DNA of 63,825 nucleotides, the filler included, from Octopus bimaculoides (taxonomy: Eukaryota): NCBI RefSeq assembly GCF_001194135.2. It is 4 parts of 3 records of this genome, joined end to end, with 100 filler letters (N's around TTAATTAATTAA, not from the genome) between each part and the next. Parts side by side here need not be neighbours in the genome. Positions count along the whole stretch, not along the records: positions 22,399 to 51,102 come from NC_069008.1; 3 more parts are not named here. One strand, 5' to 3'. Under the pieces are notes generated by a model. It was not told the origin of the DNA. It made no database searches and was given only the letters and a program-made list of their open reading frames with translations. How positions within the stretch are numbered: position 1 is the stretch's first letter; each line of letters starts with the position of its first letter. The position numbers and the translations under genes were made by a program. Of the stretch, positions 26,135-38,348 are shown in pieces.

Positions 26135-26311
26135 CCTCTAATCGATGGGACATCTGTGTGGGACAACACCATCCTTGCTGTATCCTCTGTGGTCAACAGC
26201 TATTGCCAAGACAACCCTCGATGCGCCGACGACAATGCTGTGAAAGACATCGTTTCTGTTATTGACAAAATAGTAGGGGATTGCAAATGGAAGGAGGAAA
26301 AACCATACCAG
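26135..26311 (+). CDS. LLTP visible exon 2
   Basis: TTACAG acceptor; PLIDGTSVWDNTILAVSSVVNSYCQDNPRCADDNAVKDIVSVIDKIVGDCKWKEEKPYQ; GTATGT donor; phases 0-0. Confidence 0.9.
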
Positions 26312-26341
26312 GTATGTCTACACATCTACAATAATCTTAAT

Positions 26342-27460
26342 TTTAACAAGCTCACTGGCTAATCACAACACCAGCGCCTCTTCTGACATTGTTATTCTGT
26401 ATATCACTAGTAGGGACAGATTGCTACTATCTCTATTGGTCGAGTGTCCATCACTAATGAAACCCAGGAAGGTAGAAATCACAAGATTCAGTGGTTTCAG
26501 CACTGGAGATGGCAGGTATTTATCTCCCCACTAGCAATATAAACAAGAGTGCATTTTAGCCCAAAAGCCAATATGAGAGGTTCTCTCATTATATCTACCA
26601 CAGTATTGCTTGTTCTAAAAGAATATCCGCATTTAAGTGGGGATAAATATTACCTCTCAGTATTAATACTGTCTCTGTACTAATATATATTTTTTAACGA
26701 GCTCATTGATTAATCATGATACCAGTGCCTGTTCTAGCACTGTTATTCTATATATTGCTGGAAGGGAAATGAATCACTGTTATTCCTATTGGTCGAATGT
26801 CCATCATCAGCAAGACACTCGACCAATAGAAATATTAATATTGCCTCTGCTGCTAATGTATATTTTTTTAACAAGTTCAATGGCTAATCACAACACCAGC
26901 GCCTGTTCTGGTGTTACTGGCAGGCAGATGAGTTACTGCTATCTCTAGTGGTCAAGCGTCCATCATTAACAAGACCAAGGACGGTTGAAATCACATGATC
27001 TGGAGGTCTCAGTGCTGGAGATGGCAGAGATTTATCTCCCCACTAGCAATATAAGCAAGAATGCATTTTGCACCAAAAGTTGATATGAGGCTTTCTCTCA
27101 TGACAACTCCGACAGTATCGTTTGTTCTAACAGAACATCCAAGTTCAAGTGAAGATAAACATTACTTCACAATATTAATACTGCCTCTGTCGCTAATATG
27201 TATTTTTTAACGAGCTCATTGATTAATCACAATACTAGTGTTTGTTCTGGTATTGTTTATTCTATATATTGCTGGCTGGGAATTGAATCACTACTGCCAC
27301 TAGCAGTCAAGTGTCCATCATTGACAAGGCCAAAGGAGGTCGAAATCACGGTCTCTGGTGGTCTTGGTGCTGAAAGCAGCAGGGATTTGTCTCCATTAGT
27401 GATATAAACAAGAGTGCATTTTGTACCAGAAAGCCAATATGGCAGCTTCTTTCGTATTCA
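26342..27460 (+). repeat. Diverged tandem array, unit about 340 bp
   Basis: TTTAAC(A/G)AG(C/T)TCA...TAATCA restarts at about 26342, 26694, 26867 and 27206, with shared internal blocks. Confidence 0.8.
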
Positions 27461-27907
27461 CTGCTACCAACACCACCACCATCACTACCACCACTACTGT
27501 CACCACCACCACCACCACAACCAACACCACCACCATCACCATCACTGCAACCACAGCCACCACTACCACCACCACCACCACCACCACCACCACGGCCACC
27601 AGCTGTAGAGTCAACATATTGATTATCTGTTGTTTTATTATTCTCTCCTCAGTANNNNNNNNNNAAGAGTGCATTTTGTACCAGAAAGCCAATATGGCAG
27701 CTTCTTTCGTATTCACTGCTACCAACACCACCACCATCACTACCACCACTACTGTCACCACCACAACCACCACAACCAACACCACCACCATCACCATCAC
27801 TGCAACCACAGCCACCACTACCACCACCACCACCACCACCACCACCACGGCCACCACCTGTAGAGTCAACATATTGATTATCTGTTGTTTTATTATTCTC
27901 TCCTCAG

Positions 27908-28099
27908 TACAGACCCCGTCAGCCAATGAGAGGTCCGCCCTCAAGAGCGATCCTCTATGCGCTGAAAGCCCTCGGAAACATCGGAAGATCCGAATCGATT
28001 GGAAGAACTCTGACTCGATGTTTCACCATTTCCACAAATCCAGTTGATGTTCGACTTGCAGCCATTGATGCATTCCGGAGAGTTCCGTGTGAAGCCAGT
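27908..28099 (+). CDS. LLTP visible exon 3
   Basis: CTCCTCAG acceptor (27923 is an alternative in-frame AG); ...ILYALKALGNIGRSESIGRTLTRCFTISTNPVDVRLAAIDAFRRVPCEAS with the family LKALGN and RLAAIDAFRR motifs; GTAAGT donor; phases 0-0. Confidence 0.92.
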
Positions 28100-28211
28100 G
28101 TAAGTATACATACATACGCACAAACATATATACATACATATATATAAAAATGTATACATACATACATACATATATAAGTATGTATGTATGTGTCTATATA
28201 TATATATATAT

Positions 28212-28518
28212 AAGAGGTAGGCCCAGGAAGACCTGGGCTGAGGTGGTGAGGCAAGACCTTCGTACATTGGGCCTCACCGAGGCGATGACTACTGACCGAG
28301 ACCTTTGGAAATGTGCTGTGCGTGAGAAGACCCGGCAAGCCAAGTAAGATCGTTGCCAGTGCCCCTGGACTGGTTCTTGTGCGGGTGGCACATGAGATGC
28401 ACCATTTTGAGCGTGGCCGTTGCCAGTACCGCCTGACTGGCTCCTGTAGGGTTTTCGAGCGAGATCGTTGCCAGTGCCCCTGGACTGGCTTGTGCGGGTG
28501 GCACATAAAAGACACCAT
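28212..28518 (+). mobile_element. RTE LINE 3' end with tandem 3' UTR units, running into a gap
   Basis: RGRPRKTWAEVVRQDLRTLGLTEAMTTDRDLWKCAVREKTRQAK*, then repeated GATCGTTGCCAGTGCCCCTGGACTGG. Confidence 0.85.
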
Positions 28519-29524
28519 NNNNNNNNNNNNNNNNNNNNNNNNNNNNNNNNNNNNNNNNNNNNNNNNNNNNNNNNNNNNNNNNNNNNNNNNNNNNNNNNNN
28601 NNNNNNNNNNNNNNNNNNNNNNNNNNNNNNNNNNNNNNNNNNNNNNNNNNNNNNNNNNNNNNNNNNNNNNNNNNNNNNNNNNNNNNNNNNNNNNNNNNNN
28701 NNNNNNNNNNNNNNNNNNNNNNNNNNNNNNNNNNNNNNNNNNNNNNNNNNNNNNNNNNNNNNNNNNNNNNNNNNNNNNNNNNNNNNNNNNNNNNNNNNNN
28801 NNNNNNNNNNNNNNNNNNNNNNNNNNNNNNNNNNNNNNNNNNNNNNNNNNNNNNNNNNNNNNNNNNNNNNNNNNNNNNNNNNNNNNNNNNNNNNNNNNNN
28901 NNNNNNNNNNNNNNNNNNNNNNNNNNNNNNNNNNNNNNNNNNNNNNNNNNNNNNNNNNNNNNNNNNNNNNNNNNNNNNNNNNNNNNNNNNNNNNNNNNNN
29001 NNNNNNNNNNNNNNNNNNNNNNNNNNNNNNNNNNNNNNNNNNNNNNNNNNNNNNNNNNNNNNNNNNNNNNNNNNNNNNNNNNNNNNNNNNNNNNNNNNNN
29101 NNNNNNNNNNNNNNNNNNNNNNNNNNNNNNNNNNNNNNNNNNNNNNNNNNNNNNNNNNNNNNNNNNNNNNNNNNNNNNNNNNNNNNNNNNNNNNNNNNCC
29201 CAACCTTCTCTCACTCTTTCTTCTTGTTTCTAGAGTAATGCTGCGATGGACTGGCGTCTCGTCCAGCTGGGGGGGGGGCACATACACCATAGAAACTGGG
29301 AAACCGGGCCCATGAGCCTGGCTAGGCTTTAAAAGGGTGCATAAATAAAATGATATATATACATATATATATATAAGACAGAAGACCTTCTTTAGTCATG
29401 AATAACTATGAATAACAGAAGCCCAAATCTGGACAAGGTTGTTTATGGAAGACCAGCAGTTGCCCTTGCAGACCAGCCTCTTCCCTCCATGTCACCAGTG
29501 GCACCAGTGACATCACAACCCATT

Positions 29525-29529
29525 TCTAC

Positions 29530-29565
<36 letters not shown>

Positions 29566-29573
29566 GGATAGAC

Positions 29574-29604
<31 letters not shown>

Positions 29605-29900
29605 CAGACAGATAGACAAGTAGACAGACAGATAGACAAGTAGATAGACAGGTAGATAGATAGATCGATCGATAAATAGATAGATAAATAGAAAGACAGA
29701 GAGACAGACAGACAGACAGATAGATAGATAAATAGATATGTAAATAGAAAGATAGATAGATAGATAAACAAACAGACAGACATACAGATTGATAGATAGG
29801 CAGACGGATAGATAGACAGATAAGCAGATAGATAGATAGGTAGATAGACAGTTAGATAAAGAGACAGATAGGCAGACAGACAGACAGATATAGCAATACA
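29525..29900 (+). repeat. (GATA/GACA)n microsatellite
   Basis: Direct inspection. Confidence 0.95.
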
Positions 29901-29995
29901 GATAAAATATTTATTTGACTGGTTTTTGTTTCCTCCCACTACAAGATTTGACTGATATTTCTATCAAAGTTTTTATTCTCTTTCTCTTCCCTCAG

Positions 29996-30559
29996 AGAAC
30001 AGACTTGGAATATTTGTTCGACGATGTCTCGGAAGACTCAGAGATTCGCATCAATGCGTATCTAGCACTCATGAAATGTCCGACAGAGAGACTGCTCACC
30101 AAAATCCACAAGTCCCTGCTCTCGGATAAGTCCAACCAAGTAAAGTCTTTCATTCTGTCTCACCTGAAAAACCTGAAGACAACATCCGACCCCCACTTCC
30201 AAAACATCCGTACGATCCTCGAAGACCATGATCTGGGCACAGACTCCTCCGGAAGTGACATGGATGTCCGAAAGTACTCCCGCAACTATGAAGGTTCTAT
30301 GTTCTTTGATAGCATTGGCGCCGGAGCTAAGGTCGATTCCAATGTCATTTTCTCGTCCAAGTCATTTGTGCCACGTTCCGGCAACGTGAATTTGACCCTA
30401 GATATTTTTGGACAGGCTGTCAACCTCCTGGAGCTCGGGGGACGTATCGAAGGGTTGGAGTACTTCCTTGAATCCTATTTCGGACCAAGTGGACACCTGA
30501 AGAGCAAATCTGGTTCAGACTCAAATTCTAGGTTTCCAATTCCTGGAATTGATGACAAG
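29996..30559 (+). CDS. LLTP visible exon 4 (end of Vitellogenin_N, start of DUF1943-like open beta-sheet)
   Basis: CCCTCAG acceptor; SEIRINAYLALMKCP...SNQVKSFILSHLKNL...DVRKYSRNYEGS...NVIFSSKSFVPRSGNVNLTLDIFGQAVNLLELGGRIEGLEYFLESYFGP; GTAATG donor; phases 0-0. Confidence 0.95.
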
Positions 30560-30999
30560 GTAATGTGGAGAATGTTATTGTCGTTGTTGTTGCTGTTGTT
30601 GTTATTGAGTTTGTTGTTGTTTCTATTGTTATTGTTCCTGTTGTGGTCGTCTGCTGTTGCTGTTGTCAGATGTTGTTATACATCGCTGATCACAATGTGC
30701 TTTCAACTCTTTCTTGATTGCCCCATTCTTTTCTACCAAATTGCTTCCTTGCTTCTTTGCTTGCTTGCGTCACACTCTTGCTTGATGTAGCTGGGTTCAT
30801 TCCAAGTTTGTGGTCCCAGAGACATTATCATGCATAGAGACAATCAGGTCAACCAGTGTCCCCATCATCACTTCCTCCAAGGTGATGTCAAGCTTCTCGA
30901 GATCTTCCCCAATCACGGGCAAGTTTCTGTTACTATAGCCTTGGGTCAACTAAAGCCTTGTAAGTGAGTTTGGTACATGGAAACTGAAAGAAGCCTGTC

Positions 31000-31038
<39 letters not shown>

Positions 31039-31513
31039 GATATATGCATATGTGTGTATGTATATACCTATGTGTGTGTCTTTGTGTCTGTGTGTGTACA
31101 TCCCTGTAACTTAGTGGTTCAAGAAAAAGAGACCGAGAGAATAAATACTAGGCCTGAAAAAGAATAAGTTCAAGGTGCTCCAGCATGGCCACAGTCAAAT
31201 GACTGAAACAAGTAAAGCAATAAAAGAATATATATATATATATATGCGCATGTGTGTATGTGAGGTGGGGGGGGTAACTCTGTGATGGACAGGTGACCCA
31301 TTCAGGTGACCCATTCAGGGAAGGAGTGAAGGACAGGTGACCCATTCTCTCAGCCACATTATGTGTCACAGAAATAGGGGTCTGTTCCAATTTAAAGTAC
31401 CTGTATGCATGAAACTAACCCTTAACTTAGAAATATTGTTTTCATGTGATTTCTGTATTATTCTTGTTTCTCTTTTTTCTGCACCACCACCACCACCAAT
31501 TCACGCCATGCAG

Positions 31514-31845
31514 TATAAACCAAAGATCGACAAGCTTCAAGGGTCAGCATACTTCAGGCTCTTTGGAAATGAACTTGGCTATTGGCGAATGAACGACGCT
31601 CCATCGACTTCCTGGCTCAAAGACATTAACATCAATAAACTGATGCAACAGTTTGTCAAAGAAGGCAAGACCTCGTTCAGTAAAAGTGCCATGCTTCTTG
31701 ACATGAAGATGATCGTGCCCACATGCGTTGGGCTCCCGTTAAATCTCAGCTTTGCTGCGACAAGTTCTGTGAAGTTGGAAGCAATGGGCAAAATTGAAAT
31801 GCCTTCATTTAAGAATATAGAAATCGTTGGAAGCCTGAGTCCAAG
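31514..31845 (+). CDS. LLTP visible exon 5
   Basis: CAG acceptor; GSAYFRLFGNELGY...IVPTCVGLPLNLS (family PTxxGLPL motif); GTAAAC donor; phases 0-2. The 5' boundary is less certain. Confidence 0.88.
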
Positions 31846-32069
31846 GTAAACTTTTCCAAATGTTTTTATTATTATCTTTTTTCTTTTCACTTGTTTCAGT
31901 CAATTGACCCCCCAGTGTTTCACTGGTACTTAATTTATTGACCCTGAAAGGATGAAAGGCAAAGTCAACCCTGGTGGAATTTGAACTCAGAATGTAAGGA
32001 CAGAAGAAATGCCACAAAGCATTTTGCCCAGTGTGCTAATGATTCTGCCAGCTTACCACCTTATGTTAT

Positions 32070-32107
<38 letters not shown>

Positions 32108-32138
32108 TAACAATAACAACAACAACAACAACAACAAA

Positions 32139-32180
<42 letters not shown>

Positions 32181-32183
<3 letters not shown>

Positions 32184-32850
32184 CCTATATAAACTGGAAG
32201 CTATGCCAACACTATGGAATAACAACAGAAAAAAGATGGTATAAACACACGCCAGAAAAGGTCACAGAACATGAGAAAGCAACCATACTCTGGGATATGC
32301 CAATACACACAGATAGAGAAATTAAGGCCAATAGGCCAGATATAGTTGTTAAAGATCATGAAGAAAAAAAATGCTTTCTAATTGATGTATCAATACCAGC
32401 AGATGACAATGTTTCTCTNNNNNNNNNNNNNNNNNNNNNNNNNNNNNNNNNNNNNNNNNNNNNNNNNNNNNNNNNNNNNNNNNNNNNNNNNNNNNNNNNN
32501 NNNNNNNNNNNNNNNNNNNNNNNNNNNNNNNNNNNNNNNNNNNNNNNNNNNNNNNNNNNNNNNNNNNNNNNNNNNNNNNNNNNNNNNNNNNNNNNNNNNN
32601 NNNNNNNNNNNNNNNNNNNNNNNNNNNNNNNNNNNNNNNNNNNNNNNNNNNNNNNNNNNNNNNNNNNNNNNNNNNNNNNNNNNNNNNNNNNNNNNNNNNN
32701 NNNNNNNNNNNNNNNNNNNNNNNNNNNNNNNNNNNNNNNNNNNNNNNNNNNNNNNNNNNNNNNNNNACCACAGCACATACCCAAGGCGCACAGAGCTGCG
32801 CTCGGTAGTGAAGTGAAAGCACGTTATAAAAATAAAACTACTGAACAATA
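32181..32850 (+). mobile_element. R4/Dong-like site-specific non-LTR retrotransposon 3' end within (TAA)n
   Basis: KLCQHYG...WYKHTPEKV...ILWDMPIHTDREIKANRPDIVVKD...CFLIDVSIP (restriction-like endonuclease PD..D motif). Flanked by (AAT)n on both sides; middle lies in a gap. Confidence 0.8.
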
Positions 32851-33145
32851 ATATTAATAATAATAATAATAATAATAATTATAATAATAATAATAATAAT
32901 AATAACAATAATAATACTGATGGTAAAATTTAAATGACATCTCAGTACAGATAGTATCATTTCCTGAATAAATAAAATTTCATTTAGAATAAAAAGCAGA
33001 AACGTATAAATGTGCTCAACAGCTGTTTCATTGACGTTAAACATGATTATTTATATGTACAGAATTTCATTGCTATCTTCTGATACCTGATAATTCATAT
33101 TTTGTTAACCATAATTAAAATATCTCATTATCTCTCTCTCGTTAG

Positions 33146-33328
33146 TGCTGCAATCGATGTCACCGGTGAAATGAGTGTAGATGCATTTGCCTCAAAGGCA
33201 GGCGTACGGGTGTCGACAGTGGCCCACACCAACACAGCGGCAAAGGTGACATTCAGCATGAAAGACAGGCAAATTGTGATGTCGTCCTTAGAACTGCCAA
33301 AGAAGAAAATGGAAGTGATTAACGTGAA
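33146..33328 (+). CDS. LLTP visible exon 6
   Basis: GTTAG acceptor; (S)AAIDVTGEMSVDAFASKAGVRVSTVAHTNTAAKVTFSMKDRQIVMSSLELPKKKMEVINV; GTAAGT donor; phases 2-2. Confidence 0.92.
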
Positions 33329-34351
33329 GTAAGTTTAAAAGCAAGCCATCTTTGTCTTTGTCATCACCACTGTCATCAGCTTCATCATCATCATCATTGT
33401 CATCATCAACACAGACGCAAATGTCCTTGTCATCATCATCACCATCATGCATGCCCCTGGACGTTGCCAGTGCCCCTGGACTGGCTCTTATGCAGGTGGC
33501 ACATAAAATACACCATTTTGAGCGTGGCCGTTGCCAGTACCGCCTGACTGGCCTTCGTGCCAGTGGCACGTAAAAGCACCCACTACACTCTCAGAGTGGT
33601 TGTCATTAGGAAGGGTATCCAACTGTAGAAACTCTGCCAAATTAGATTGGAGCCTGGTGTTGCCATCCGGTTTCACCAGTCCTCAGTCAAATCGTCCAAC
33701 CCATGCTAGCATGGAAAACGGACGTTAAACGATGACGATGATGATGATGATGATGATATATATATAACTAATTTAGAGACGAACCACCACTCAGTCAACT
33801 CAGAACTCAAATCTATGCTGTGAGGCATATACCATCTTAATGTATGTAAGATTTTAATCAAAAATTTAAATTAAATAATATATTACATAAATCAATCATA
33901 TAAATCGTATAAATAAATCATAGAAATATCAATTTAAAAAAATTTTAAAATCAAATTCATAAAAATGGACTGCCACGTTATATTGGCAAATAATTTTTAC
34001 TCTCTCTCTATATATATATATAAAAGGAAAAATTCAGTTGTCACTAATTGTGACTTAGGGTGGTGGGTAGCATCTATACTGCTAGAAATAAGAGTTAAAA
34101 CCCTTAGTGCTGCAAGAAAGCACATTTTCATATACTGACAGGGGAGATAACTGCCCCATAAGCGAAACTAGATTACTAGACTAGACTAGTTTTGCCTGTA
34201 AAATTTCAGACTTGTCAGTAGTGACTTCTCCATCACCAAATGGTTTGTCTAAATCCAGACTGACAGTATATATTATGATAGCTGCCTTCATTATATATAT
34301 ATATATATATATACATATANNNNNNNNNNTATATATATATATATATATATA

Positions 34352-34588
34352 TGGTGGTTGTCTACTCCTTATACAGAGTCTGCCCCCCTCCTGCACCTAC
34401 ACCTTAGAAGCATCATGGCATCTGATGTGGCTTTTTAAACTAGGCAATGTATTGAAAAGACACCCACACAGATTGCATATCTGCTGTGGCCCATCATGAG
34501 CTGCAGTTAAGTTTTGATCTTTGTGGATCTTAAAATGCTTTTTGAGGCCTCCATTAGATTTGCAGACCTTATGGCATACACAAGTCAT
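34352..34588 (-). mobile_element. LINE (RTE-like) 3' end encoding two C2H2 zinc fingers
   Basis: CVCHKVCKSNGGLKKHFKIH and CNLCGCLFNTLPSLKSHIRCH, then a short tail into a microsatellite. No splice sites seen. Confidence 0.6.
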
Positions 34589-34652
34589 TTAGCTTAACGG
34601 TAGAGCTCTTAACCGGTGTCTGAAGAGTACAGGTTCGATTCCTGTAGCTGTC
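34583..34652 (+). pseudogene. tRNA-like relic or SINE head with intact Pol III boxes
   Basis: A-box TAGCTTAACGG (34590-34600) and B-box GGTTCGATTCC (34632-34642). D and T arms pair; acceptor and anticodon stems pair poorly. Confidence 0.55.
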
Positions 34653-34737
34653 TGCTGACAACTTTTACCCATCTTATAAATTTACGTTTTTCACTATGAT
34701 ATAAATATATATCTTCTGTAAAATTTTCCTTCCTTAG

Positions 34738-34999
34738 GTCTGATTTCTTCATTGTCCATCGAAAAACCGAAGAGAAGCAGAAGATGATCCAGAAGAATTC
34801 AGTGAACAAGTCAAGGTGCACAAGTGCAGCCTTTGGCAAGATCACCGGCCTAGAGGTGTGCATGCAAGTGCAATATTCCAATGCATCAATGGAGAAGCAA
34901 TCACCGTTCTTCCCACTGACTGGACCTGTGGTCTTGAAGCTGGATGTCTCCAACAAAGATTTACCAAAAGGATATCGTATGGAAGCCAAACTTATACAG
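34738..34999 (+). CDS. LLTP visible exon 7
   Basis: CCTTAG acceptor; SDFFIVHRKTEEKQKMIQ...GLEVCMQVQYSNAS...PFFPLTGPVVLKL; GTATGT donor; phases 2-0. Confidence 0.92.
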
Positions 35000-35269
35000 G
35001 TATGTTTGGAGGTATGTTTATGCGACCCTTGAAGAAAATGGGAAAAAAACAAAGGAACTCTGTGACCTTTTGCCATGTGATGGGTTCTGTATCTGCATGG
35101 CTGCTGTGTGTGCGTGTGGCCAAGACATTTGGTTCCAAACTAGGGGAGTCTTGGGTTGTATACTACTTTGGGCAAAGTGTCTTTGTTTTTATAGTTTGAA
35201 GCTGACTGGTGCCATGTGAATGAATTTGGGCAATGGAAACTGTGTGGAAGCCCATCATGTGTGTGTGTA

Positions 35270-35684
35270 GAAGTGTATGTGTGTGTATGTATACTTGTAT
35301 GTATATATGTATGTACGTATGTGTGTAAGTATTATGTATGTATGCTGAATGTATGTATGTATGTATGTATGCTTGTATGTATGTATGTATGTGTGTGTGT
35401 ATGTATATATGTATGTGTGTATGTATGTTTGTATGTATGTATGTATGTATGTATTATGCAAGTGTGTGTTTATTTGTATGTATGAATGTATGCTTGTAAG
35501 TATGTATGTATGTTTGCATGTATGCATGCATGTATGTATGTACATGTGTATGTATGTATGTATGTATGTGTGTCCATATGTATGTATGCTTGAATGTATG
35601 TATATATGTATGTATGTATGTATGTACATATGTATATGTGTGCACATATGAATGCGTGAATGTATGTATGTATGTATGCATGTA

Positions 35685-35720
<36 letters not shown>

Positions 35721-35785
35721 TGTACATATGTATATATGTGTGCACATATGAATGCTTGAATGTATGTATGCATGTATATGGATGG
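35270..35785 (+). repeat. Degenerate (TATG)n/(TG)n microsatellite
   Basis: Direct inspection. Confidence 0.95.
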
Positions 35786-36531
35786 TCTCTTGTGTTTTTC
35801 TAGACTCTCGAAAAGGCAGCAAGCTAGCAGACTCCCTGGCATTGCTCCCTGGCATTGCTTCCAGATTTACTTTCTGAGTTCAAATCCCACAAAGCTCAGC
35901 TGTGCCTTTTAGACTTTCAGTGATTGATAGGATAAGTACCATTTGAGCTTTGGGGGTGGGAGTCGATATAATCGATTAGACCCACCCTAACCCCCACCCC
36001 CACCCCCAGCNNNNNNNNNNGGCTTTGTTCCTGTAGCAGAAAAGATCTGTAACTATTTAAGTCTCTCCTGTAAAGAAGGAGCTGGTTTCTAACAGATACG
36101 AACATCTGGTGATGACGACGACGACGATGACGGTGATTGTGATAATAATAATAACGATGATAGTGATGATGATGATGATGACGACGGTGAAGCTAACAAT
36201 GACGACGACGATGATGATAATGATTGTTATGGTGCTAACAATGAGGTGGGGAGGAGGAAGAGGAATAGAATGAAGATGAAGGTGATGGTGATGATAATGA
36301 TGTTGATGGTGATGATGGTGATGATTGTGGTGGTGGTGGTGATGATGATGATGATGACGATGACGACGATGGTGATATCTGACTCATGTTTTGACTGTTT
36401 AATTCAGCATCCATCCTCATCAGAGTTTGGTGCCACTCTTTAATCGCAATAATTATCTTCTCTCTCTCTCAATCTCTCTCTCTTTCTCCTTCCTTCCTCA
36501 TTCACTCACTCTCTCTCACTCTTTACATCAG

Positions 36532-36664
36532 GCACAAAAGTTTGGTTTCCACGTCGACACCCCCGACTCGAAAACAAACCGGAAAATATCAGCCGAGGTG
36601 GACATAGGCCAGACTGATGCACGCATTGAAATTGATTCCCCATGGAGAAAGTTAACCTTTACGG
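36532..36664 (+). CDS. LLTP visible exon 8
   Basis: CATCAG acceptor; AQKFGFHVDTPDSKTNRKISAEVDIGQTDARIEIDSPWRKLTFT; GTCAGT donor; phases 0-1. Confidence 0.88.
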
Positions 36665-36915
36665 GTCAGTAGAAACTTCTGTTGTATCCGTGGTCCCATT
36701 GTCTGTACCTATATTTCATTTTCATTAAAATTTTTCTTGTCTTTAAGGTAACGAGCTAGCAGAATCGTTAGCACACCAGGGAAATGTTTAGTGGCCCTTT
36801 GGCTGTCTTTACATTCTGAGTTCAAATTCCACTGAAATCAACTTTGCTTTTCATCCTTTCATGGTCAATAAAACAAATACCAGTTAGATAGATAGATAGA
36901 CAGACAGACGGATAC

Positions 36916-36946
<31 letters not shown>

Positions 36947-37737
36947 CACACGCACACACACACATATATATATATACACACATATATAAATCAGTCAATG
37001 TGTTGACTGAATCATACATAAAGCTATGGCATTATAAGTTTGTTCAGAGTTGCCTCTCTTTGGTACATCTCATTGACAAGAGCCAAGAAGTTTGAAGCAT
37101 CAATGTCTGGGATTTCTAATAGATGGTGACACTGAATGAACCGGGTGTTTTCCCACCTTTTTACCGTAAGAGAAATATATTCTCCATAGTAACTGCTGTG
37201 TATTTGCCTTTTAGCAGTTGAAATATGTCACAAACATATTTCAACTAACCTAAATTTTGCTCATATATACATATATATATATATGCACACACACACATAC
37301 ACACATATACATACAACGGGTTTCCTTCAGTTTCCATGTGCAAAATTCACTCTGAAGACTTTGGTCGGTCCAAGGCTGTAGTAGAAAACACTTACCAAAC
37401 GTGCCGTACAAAAGATTGAACCCAAAACCATGTGGTTGGGAAGCAAGCTTCCTACCACGCAGCCTTCATATACATGTGTGTGTATGTATGTGTGCATGTG
37501 TGTGTGTGTGTGTGTGTGGGGTTGTGTATGTATACAACAGCCTGCAGCGATTTCTGTATACCAAATCCACTCATAAGGCTTTGGTCAATCTGGAGCAATG
37601 TGTTCTCAGCCAGGGTCCAAATGGCCCCTGAAGGTCCATATAAGATTTTGTGGGGTCCCAGACTTTGTGGACAACCTGTAGATTAAAAATTTTTTAAAAA
37701 CTTCTAAAAACATTTCCAAATATTCTTTATTCAACAG

Positions 37738-38001
37738 GAAAATCGGGAGCAATGCCAAATTTCCAACTCTCTGGTGAATTCCAAATGGATTATAAGAACC
37801 AAAAAATCGACAAGTATGGTGCTTCGTTAACAATGCTGAAGACCAGGGCCAAACAAGTGGTGAAATGGTCCCCTAAATTTGAGATATATACCCCATCGAA
37901 GCAATGGGTTGCTGAAGGAAAGATTGAGAAAATGCAAGATAAAAAACTTAATGTGGACCTTTCAGCCCTTGGTTTCTTCAATCAGAACGTTTCCTTGAAA
38001 T
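37738..38001 (+). CDS. LLTP visible exon 9
   Basis: CAACAG acceptor; KSGAMPNFQLSGEFQMDYKNQ...FFNQNVSLK; GTAAGT donor; phases 1-1. Confidence 0.9.
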
Positions 38002-38250
38002 GTAAGTTCGTTTTATTTCTGCTTTGACCTTGTGTCTTTTATTTTTTTTTATTGTTTACATGTTTCAGTCATTAGACAATGGCCATGCTGGGGCACTAGT
38101 TTAAGAAACGAACGAAAGTGCTAATAATAATAATGAATAAATAAAGAGATTTTTTTCCTTAAAATTCTGGTGACCTTTTTTTCTCAATATTCAATATCTG
38201 TACACCACACCTAACACTATACATACATACATACATATAAATACATACGT

Positions 38251-38287
<37 letters not shown>

Positions 38288-38304
38288 CATACATACGTAC
38301 ATAT

Positions 38305-38348
<44 letters not shown>

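Noticed and set aside
29915-29995. N- and C-terminal extensions of ORF-track entries at exons (e.g. starts at 29915, 31337, 46038)
   Set aside because: These are intronic read-through beyond clear splice sites, not real starts or ends.
36395-36430. Minus-strand CTGATGAG followed by CTGAA
   Set aside because: No GAAA and no convincing stems.
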